A stretch of DNA of 47,237 bases, from the NCBI GenBank assembly GCA_041479965.1, contig JBGOZE010000002.1, forward strand, positions 1 to 47,237, read 5' to 3'. Positions 19,606 through 25,505 of this stretch are shown piece after piece (within the stretch, counting starts at the first letter, position 1; each line of letters opens with the position of its first letter). Both the position numbers and the translations under genes were made by a program. This stretch comes from Candidatus Nanoarchaeia archaeon (GTDB taxonomy: Archaea > Nanobdellota > Nanobdellia > Woesearchaeales > SM23-78). The notes beneath the pieces are model-generated. The model had not been told where the DNA came from, did no database searches, and worked only from the letters and a program-made list of their open reading frames with translations.

Positions 19606-19822
19606 TCCCCGCCCCCGGACTCGAATTTCCCAAGCTTGCGAATGCTTTCTTAGTTCGGAGGACTTAACGAAGTTAATGTCCTCCTTAAGTTTTTCCCTTA
19701 AGGCTTTCGCAAAGGCTTACCAGGAACCTCTCGGGCACTGCTGACCGCATTTCATTCATACTCTTGCGAGTTTGTCTTGCGGCATCTACAGCCAAGTGCT
19801 CAAACCGTTAAGCTAGGCGGGG
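19606..19822 (-). tRNA. tRNA-Tyr(GTA) with two introns (about 50 nt after the anticodon loop; about 94 nt between T-stem and T-loop, position 53/54)
   Basis: Minus strand reads CCCCGCC-TA-GCTT-AACGGTTT-GAGC-A-CTTGG-CTGTAGA-[50 nt]-CCGAG-AGGTT-CCTGG-[94 nt]-TTCGAGT-CCGGG-GGCGGGG-A. The spliced product is exactly 73 nt with all stems paired. The C1:G72 pair is the archaeal/eukaryal Tyr identity pair. TATA (complement of 19847-19857) lies about 30 nt upstream. Confidence 0.85.
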
Positions 19823-19900
19823 TTCTTAGCAGTATGAAAAATACTGGGTTTATAAAAGTTTTGCAAATAGTTCAGTTATAATTGAAAGAAAAAAATATTC

Positions 19901-20758
19901 TTATTCTGTCTTGTACGTCAGGTTGACGCTGTTGGAGTAGATTGTCCTCTCCTTGCCTTTTCCTGTGTCAAAGGTCACTTTGGCGTCTGGAAGCCTGATG
20001 CCTCCGATGAGGGTAAGCTTGCTTTTCACCCTGTAGGATATGATTCTTTCTTCGTAGGGTTCCAAAGCGTCCATCTCCCATCTCGGCACTGTGCCTCTCT
20101 TGCCTTTGCCTATGCTTACTGGCTCCATGCTTCCCAGGTGAGTTGTCCTGTCTATCTCTGCGATGTGAGGCACGAAGTCTATCACTCGTAGGTTATGCAC
20201 TGGCTTCCTGGCCCTGTTCTTGAGGTAAAGCCTTACCTTCACTTCACTAAGGCCGTCCTTGGTCTGTCCCATTGGCTCTGCGTTCTTCATTATCACTATC
20301 GGGCTCCTCCAGACGTAGTAGAATATCACTGCCAATATCAATAGGATTATCACCAGCACGAGCATCCTGTAATCAGTGACCATGCTTCCGGCAAGGGTTT
20401 CCTGCGGGTCCAGGGTTTGGCGTATCACATAGTAGCTCTTGCCATCAAGCCCTTTCTCTTTCACAGCATCTGGCGTGAACTTGGTGAAGAGCCTCTTGAT
20501 GAGGTTCACAGAAAAGCTCTTCTCTGCCGTGGCTGGCTGGTTGCCGTTGTTGTAGATGGTGAAGCGCTCTTCTGTCCTGAATAAGAAGGTGTTTTTGGAT
20601 GATTTCTCCTTGAGGTCAGAGTAGCCTTGCACGTCGAATTCTGCTGATGCTTCTGCTACGTTCTTATCATTATAGTACAGTTGGAGTGTCAGGGTCTTGG
20701 TTCCTGGCTTGGTGAGCGGGTCCACAGAGAAAAGCACCTCGTTGGTCTTCTCTTCCAA
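19901..20758 (-). CDS. C-terminal half of a COG1470/CARDB-like surface protein (TM plus beta-sandwich domain); probably not an independent gene
   Basis: The track start is a TTG with no SD or TATA. It is in the same frame as the ORF at 20795-21355, separated only by one TAG (20795-20797) and 12 sense codons. The first internal ATG is more than 120 codons in. Confidence 0.5.
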   Translation of the reverse strand: MEEKTNEVLFSVDPLTKPGTKTLTLQLYYNDKNVAEASAEFDVQGYSDLKEKSSKNTFLFRTEERFTIYNNGNQPATAEKSFSVNLIKRLFTKFTPDAVKEKGLDGKSYYVIRQTLDPQETLAGSMVTDYRMLVLVIILLILAVIFYYVWRSPIVIMKNAEPMGQTKDGLSEVKVRLYLKNRARKPVHNLRVIDFVPHIAEIDRTTHLGSMEPVSIGKGKRGTVPRWEMDALEPYEERIISYRVKSKLTLIGGIRLPDAKVTFDTGKGKERTIYSNSVNLTYKTE

Positions 20759-20794
20759 TGGCAGTAGCTTGGTGGTGTATTCCTTGGAGAATAT

Positions 20795-21355
20795 CTATCC
20801 GTTCAGCACGACCTTGATATTGTCCAGCTCTCTTGGGTTCCTATTCTTAAGTATGAGGAGCACAGAGACTTTCTGCCTCGGGTCTATGGCGTTGTCAATT
20901 GATATTACTGGCGTAACAGTAGGGATGTATTCTCCAGGCCCAAGGTCAGGTGAGACCACGTAGATGGCGAATTTCTCCCTTTCTTCATAGTAGAAGCCTG
21001 TCTTCTCAGACTTAATCTTGACAGGTATGAAGTAGGTCTTCATCTCATCCACTGTGAGCTTGGGGTTGAATTCGAGAAGGAATTTCATTTCTCCATGGGC
21101 ATTGATGTAGCTTGATTGTGGGTCTATGTTGAGGACCCAGTTCACGTCTCTAGTGCTTATGGTGAAGTAATCATCATAGTCTGCTGTGTTGCTGATTATG
21201 AGCTCGAAATAGGCTGTCTCTTCCTTGGTGATGGTGTTATTGAGGACATTCACAGAATAGGCAAACGCTGACACTTGCGCAGCTGTAGAAATAATGATTA
21301 TCAATGCAGTCAAAAGTAAGATAGATAACCTGTATGCGGCTTTATTACCCACCAT
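20795..21355 (-). CDS. N-terminal half (signal peptide plus beta-sandwich domains) of the same surface protein, ended by an in-frame TAG
   Basis: Signal peptide MVGNKAAYRLSILLLTALIIIISTAAQVSA, then FELIISNTADYDDYF and LILKNRNPRELDNIKVVLNG strands. The ORF stops in the middle of a domain. Confidence 0.55.
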   Translation of the reverse strand: MVGNKAAYRLSILLLTALIIIISTAAQVSAFAYSVNVLNNTITKEETAYFELIISNTADYDDYFTISTRDVNWVLNIDPQSSYINAHGEMKFLLEFNPKLTVDEMKTYFIPVKIKSEKTGFYYEEREKFAIYVVSPDLGPGEYIPTVTPVISIDNAIDPRQKVSVLLILKNRNPRELDNIKVVLNG

Positions 21356-21451
21356 GACACTTCGCCTCCTTGCCTTATTATATACTCCTAATCTTAGATT
21401 AATCCATTTATATACCTTTCTATTTTCAAGCTGAGAAATCCTTCACAAAAC

Positions 21452-21871
21452 CTATTTTTTGTTCCTAAGCCTGTAGATATCCACCCATTTGTCAGGCTGC
21501 GACTTGAAGGATAGCTTTTTCACAGTGTTCTTTATGTTCTCATGGATTGCGGGCCTGTGGTGCTCGAAGTAGCGCAAATAATACATGCCTAGGGTTGAAA
21601 GGGTGTAGAGCATGACTGCCACGCCTGACAAGACAAAGAAGATTGTGAAGAGCTTTGAGGTCGGAGTGGATGGTGTGAGGTCTCCGTAGCCAATGGTGGT
21701 CATGGTGACTGTTGAGAAGTATAATGAGTCTATGAAACTCCAGCCTTCAAGATGGGAATACATGATTGAGCTTCCTATGAGCAGGACAAAAACAACTGCC
21801 AGCAAGGAGAATATCTTGTGCCTAAGCTTCTTCTTCTCACCGTCTTCCTTAGAGGTTATGAAATCATCCAT
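21452..21871 (-). CDS. minimal two-TM potassium channel (KcsA-like pore only)
   Basis: The selectivity filter TMTTIGYGDL lies between two TM helices. The protein is 139 aa with no RCK or ligand-binding domain. Confidence 0.9.
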   Translation of the reverse strand: MDDFITSKEDGEKKKLRHKIFSLLAVVFVLLIGSSIMYSHLEGWSFIDSLYFSTVTMTTIGYGDLTPSTPTSKLFTIFFVLSGVAVMLYTLSTLGMYYLRYFEHHRPAIHENIKNTVKKLSFKSQPDKWVDIYRLRNKK

Positions 21872-21935
21872 TGCTGCTCTTTGCGAAGCTAGTATTTAAA
21901 AACTTTTTGACAGCCACACATACTAAAAAATCTGA

Positions 21936-22143
21936 TGGGGCCGCGGAGACTTTCGGGATTCTTGCACTTTTGGTAATTCGGAGGACTTAACGAAGTTAAT
22001 GTCCTCCTTAATTGCTTTTTACCAGATTTTTTGCAAAAATCTGTTCGAACTCCGGTTACTACCACCCCAAGGTAGAATGATAGTTGCTTCCAAGCAACCT
22101 CAAAAACAGAGGTTTTTGTTGGACCAAGCTACACTACGGCCCC
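21936..22143 (-). tRNA. tRNA-Pro(GGG) with two non-canonical introns (about 38 nt in the D-loop; about 94 nt in the T-loop near position 59/60)
   Basis: Minus strand reads GGGGCCG-TA-GTGT-AGCTTGGTCC-[intron]-(C)TA-TCAT-T-CTACC-TTGGGGT-GGTAG-TAAC-CGGAG-TTCGAA-[intron]-T-CTCCG-CGGCCCC-A. The acceptor, anticodon and T stems are all Watson-Crick. G37 fits Pro. TATA (complement of 22169-22180) lies about 32 nt upstream. The exact D-loop intron borders are ambiguous. Confidence 0.75.
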
Positions 22144-22180
22144 GTGTTTGCTTGCTAGAAATATGCTCTCTTTATATAGA

Positions 22181-23185
22181 TTATTTTTTCTTCCGGGATT
22201 TCTTCTTGGCTGGCTTGGCTTTAGTCGTCCACACCTTCGTGGGGGTGGTCTTAGCTTTCACTTTCAGGTTGGTGAGGTATTTCTTCTCGTTCCAGTGGCT
22301 TTTCCAGGTTATAAGCACTGAGAGTATCATCACAATAACAGCTCCTATAAGAAATATCTCGACCAGGCCAGTGGTGCCAGTCTCTGCGCCAGACGATGAT
22401 TTGAATAGGTAGCCTGATGGTCCTGCTGCTGCAGCTTGTTTTGCAGTCGCTACAACTCTTGCTGTCATGAAAGCCTTATTATAGGAGATATCATCAAGGG
22501 TCAATTGCAGGTCGTCAGCGCCGTCATTGTTGAAGTCAATGTTTACGCTCTGGTACTGGTTCAATCTAATCCTCTTGCTAGCTGGTGTGGTTATCATGTC
22601 GACATACTCTATGCCTCTACTGTAGTCCTGGCTCACTCTGAGAACATCCAGGGAATAAGTGTTAAGGCCTTGCTTTACTTTTATGACATCATTAGGTATG
22701 AGGTTTTGCAGGTTCAGCACCAATCCCTCTTTGAGTTGGAATTCATAGAGGTTGCCTGGCCTGCGAGGCATCTTGGTTATCCTCAGATCAGGGTTTTTTA
22801 TCTCTCCTATAACTACTCTCCTGGTCTCTGACGATATCTTGGTGCCTTCAGTTGTCAAGCATTCTACGCGCCAATCATAGGAACCTGTCACTAGTTCTGC
22901 TGTGATCCTGTTGTTATAGGGTGAGAGCATGGCATTGGCTACAGCCACCAAATTATTATTGATTATCAGTGAGCACTCTTTTACATTGTAGGTGTCGCGA
23001 TAGGAGTAGATGAAAGTTATCATTGGACTGGCAGTCTGCGTGTTAGGAGCAGGCGATACCAAGCTTACCTCTGATGATGAGCTTATGACAAAGCCTGTTA
23101 TTGAAGCATTGCTGGTTATGACGAAGTATATCAGTCCAAGGGCGAGCAATCCAAAAGCTATCTCTGTTCCTGTTGATTTCTTCAT
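22181..23185 (-). CDS. secreted, C-terminally anchored surface protein (paralogue of the upstream gene)
   Basis: A signal/anchor segment, an N-terminal two-Cys Ig-like domain (...VKECSLIINNN...GSYDWRVECLT...), a second domain (YSLDVLRV...IDFNNDGADDLQLTLDD), then a TM and a Lys-rich tail. ATGA overlap with the upstream gene. Confidence 0.7.
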   Translation of the reverse strand: MKKSTGTEIAFGLLALGLIYFVITSNASITGFVISSSSEVSLVSPAPNTQTASPMITFIYSYRDTYNVKECSLIINNNLVAVANAMLSPYNNRITAELVTGSYDWRVECLTTEGTKISSETRRVVIGEIKNPDLRITKMPRRPGNLYEFQLKEGLVLNLQNLIPNDVIKVKQGLNTYSLDVLRVSQDYSRGIEYVDMITTPASKRIRLNQYQSVNIDFNNDGADDLQLTLDDISYNKAFMTARVVATAKQAAAAGPSGYLFKSSSGAETGTTGLVEIFLIGAVIVMILSVLITWKSHWNEKKYLTNLKVKAKTTPTKVWTTKAKPAKKKSRKKK

Positions 23186-24315
23186 CTTCTCACTCTTCCT
23201 CCAGTGCTTTTTATGATATCGAATTTTTCATCTAGAGGAGCTGCTTCTTCCTCTTCATTAAGGGTCTCTGGCGGCAGCTCTTTCTTCGCCTCTTTCTTAG
23301 GAGTTTTTGCTTCTTTCTTCTTAGGGCTTTGCTTTTCAGAGCCTTTTCTTTTATTCATCACCACCAAGATTATCATTATTATGATGATTAGCACCAATAG
23401 CGCAGGCAGGATTATCGTGAGGATGCTTGCCTCTTTTGGTTCTGCTTCTTGCTCGGGCTGAGGCTGGGTTGAGGGCTTCTCTTCTCCTGTCTCTTGTCCT
23501 GCTGGCTGCTCTGCTGGCGTGGTTGTTCCTGTTCCTTGCTCAACAGGTTCCTCCTCTGGAGGCGTCACAACAGGCGGAGTCTCTGGTGTTGTTGGAGTGA
23601 CAGGCGCAGTTGTCCCAGGATAGGGCTTGACCACAAAGTAAGCATTGATGTTTCTCTCAACATCTTTGAGCTGCAATTCAACTTCTATGACTTCATCATC
23701 GTTGAAGTCAAACTTCACAGAATCTCCTACGAGCATATGGCTGATCTTTCCGCTGTTCCTGTCCCTGACATCCACAAAATAAGTATCAAGATAAGCTCCC
23801 ATCTTTAGCACATCGAGGTAGTATGATTTTCCTCCGAGCTTTATGTTGATGTCCTCTCCTCCTTTCATCGCTGGCAAGGTCACCTCTTCCTGGCCAAGGG
23901 CGATGGTGAAGACATAGCTTCTCAAACCAGTAGAGTAATAGACTATAGTGTATCCTTCCTTGATGGATTGGCCAGCATCAACCTTGAAGTTCCTGCTTTC
24001 AGACACCAGGCTGCTCATTTCAGTGTCATAGCACTGGATGTTCCATGTGTGAGAGCCATCTGCGACAGCTAGTGTAAACTTATTGTTATTCAGTTTGATG
24101 AGTGAGTTCATGGTCTTCTGGACAGCTCCGTCAATGACCAATGAGCAGTTCAGCACATTAGGTTCCATGTCAAAGCCGAATATGAAGTCAGTGGTCGTAG
24201 TGGTTATGACTGCTCCATCACCAGGCGTCATCAGGACTATGGCTGCTGACACAGACAAAGCTAGCATTGAGAAAAGTAGCAGAACAAATGTAATTACACA
24301 TAGTTGTTTTCTCAT
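23182..24315 (-). CDS. secreted, C-terminally anchored surface protein with Pro/Thr/Glu-rich stalk
   Basis: Signal peptide MRKQLCVITFVLLLFSMLALSVSAA. Same two-domain layout as the paralogue (...LNCSLVIDGA...GSHTWNIQCYD...; YYLDVLKM...FDFNDDEVIEVELQLKD). Then a PT/E-rich linker, a TM and a charged tail. Confidence 0.7.
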   Translation of the reverse strand: MRKQLCVITFVLLLFSMLALSVSAAIVLMTPGDGAVITTTTTDFIFGFDMEPNVLNCSLVIDGAVQKTMNSLIKLNNNKFTLAVADGSHTWNIQCYDTEMSSLVSESRNFKVDAGQSIKEGYTIVYYSTGLRSYVFTIALGQEEVTLPAMKGGEDINIKLGGKSYYLDVLKMGAYLDTYFVDVRDRNSGKISHMLVGDSVKFDFNDDEVIEVELQLKDVERNINAYFVVKPYPGTTAPVTPTTPETPPVVTPPEEEPVEQGTGTTTPAEQPAGQETGEEKPSTQPQPEQEAEPKEASILTIILPALLVLIIIIMIILVVMNKRKGSEKQSPKKKEAKTPKKEAKKELPPETLNEEEEAAPLDEKFDIIKSTGGRVRR

Positions 24316-24455
24316 TCACACCCACCCTCGGATTGTGTTTTTAGGTATATCAACCTATTGTTGATTATTATACGCAAGAGAATTACTTGTTAGAGTGGTA
24401 TTTAAATCTTTTGATGAAAGGCGAGAATGTGTGAAAATTGAAAACTGAAGAAAAA

Positions 24456-25424
24456 TTATTTCTCTCTTGTTTTCATTTGCTCAATATGCGATCTTTCCTG
24501 CCATTTGCTGTACGGTATTGCTATGGTTGTAAGAGCATCTTCATTCAATTTCAAGATTTGACCTAAGGCATTATAGTCTGGTTTTTTTTGCGTGATGACT
24601 TCCAAGATTACGTCTCGGGTCTTTTCAGGCGATAGCTCAGGCGAGTATCTTGCTAAGTATGCTCCACTCAGGTTAGCGAGCACTCTTGATTTATCATCAG
24701 GCAGAATGTCTGCACAATCTTTTGATACATAGCCTATCTGAGGGGTTCCCCCAACTCCTCCATTCAGAGTGGACACCGAAAAAGCATTAATTGCATAAAA
24801 AGCCAATTCCTCTTTACTCAATGTCGCAGCGTTTCTGCCTTGAAGCTCTTGAGTAAAATACATGTTGGCGCCGTCAGTTCCTGACCCTATCTCCTGATGA
24901 GATAAAAATAATTCCATGTAACCAGGTTCACGGCCACCATTGCATACATTTGCATGCCTCATTTTGTTGGCTATTTTATCAAAAGATGCTATGATGAATG
25001 TTGCAATTCCATACCATTGGCTTTTACGCCCTTCATATTTATTCATCAAGTCTCGTGTTTCTGATTTCACCAATTTCTTTTTTTGCCGCTCATCTAAAAA
25101 TGCCGCGGCCTTTTTTGCTATCTCTTCCTTTTCATAATCTAGAAACATTTTATCAGAATGATTACTTCGCTGTTTTGCAAGATTATAAACCGCTTCAAGA
25201 TATGATTCAAAAGTAGTGTGAGGAAAAGAATCTGCATTCTTCAATACCTCATCATTGATGTTTGCGTCTCCTGCTGCCAGGATAATGCCGTGAGAATTTC
25301 CATTTTGAATCTTTGCTCTTTTAATAGCAAAATCAGTAAGTCTAGCACCACCTGAACCGGATTGCCTTGAATCACTAATCAAGAAGGTTTCAAGCCCGTT
25401 AGTAAGATAGATTCCTACAGTCAT
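24456..25424 (-). CDS. HslV/proteasome-beta-like Ntn-hydrolase homologue with a helical insertion and C-terminal extension
   Basis: - It starts MTVGIY..., so Thr would be exposed after Met removal.
- ISDSR places an Asp at mature position 17.
- AIKRAKI supplies a Lys near position 33.
- ILAAGDA matches the HslV AGFAGG region.
- EIGSGTDGANMY matches the proteasome/HslV GSG(x)xxA block after an insertion of roughly 50 aa or more.
- Own TATA (complement of about 25450-25465). Confidence 0.55.
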   Translation of the reverse strand: MTVGIYLTNGLETFLISDSRQSGSGGARLTDFAIKRAKIQNGNSHGIILAAGDANINDEVLKNADSFPHTTFESYLEAVYNLAKQRSNHSDKMFLDYEKEEIAKKAAAFLDERQKKKLVKSETRDLMNKYEGRKSQWYGIATFIIASFDKIANKMRHANVCNGGREPGYMELFLSHQEIGSGTDGANMYFTQELQGRNAATLSKEELAFYAINAFSVSTLNGGVGGTPQIGYVSKDCADILPDDKSRVLANLSGAYLARYSPELSPEKTRDVILEVITQKKPDYNALGQILKLNEDALTTIAIPYSKWQERSHIEQMKTREK

Positions 25425-25505
25425 TTTATCCTGTTTATGTCAGAACTAGTATATAAATCTTTCGTTTATTTAACCACTAAAGAGTGACTACAAACCGAAA
25501 GGTTT

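Noticed and set aside
6675-19618. The GC-rich 17-20 nt repeat considered as a CRISPR array
   Set aside because: There are only six copies, with spacing from 0.8 to 6.6 kb that contains full genes. One copy is the 3' end of a functional tRNA. No cas genes are present.
20795-20797. The in-frame TAG as pyrrolysine or a reassigned codon
   Set aside because: TAG clearly terminates other well-defined genes in this window (the K+ channel at 21452, the radical-SAM-like gene at 27632 and the phosphoesterase at 32176-32178). No pyl genes are seen. A pseudogene, a consensus error or occasional read-through is more likely.
22094-22114. The hairpin AACCTC-TGTTTTT-GAGGTT as the anticodon arm of a tRNA-Lys(TTT)
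   Set aside because: The loop would have G33 and T37. The downstream CTACC-TTGGGGT-GGTAG arm has U33 and G37 and the correct distance to the T-arm, so the hairpin is assigned to the D-loop intron of tRNA-Pro.
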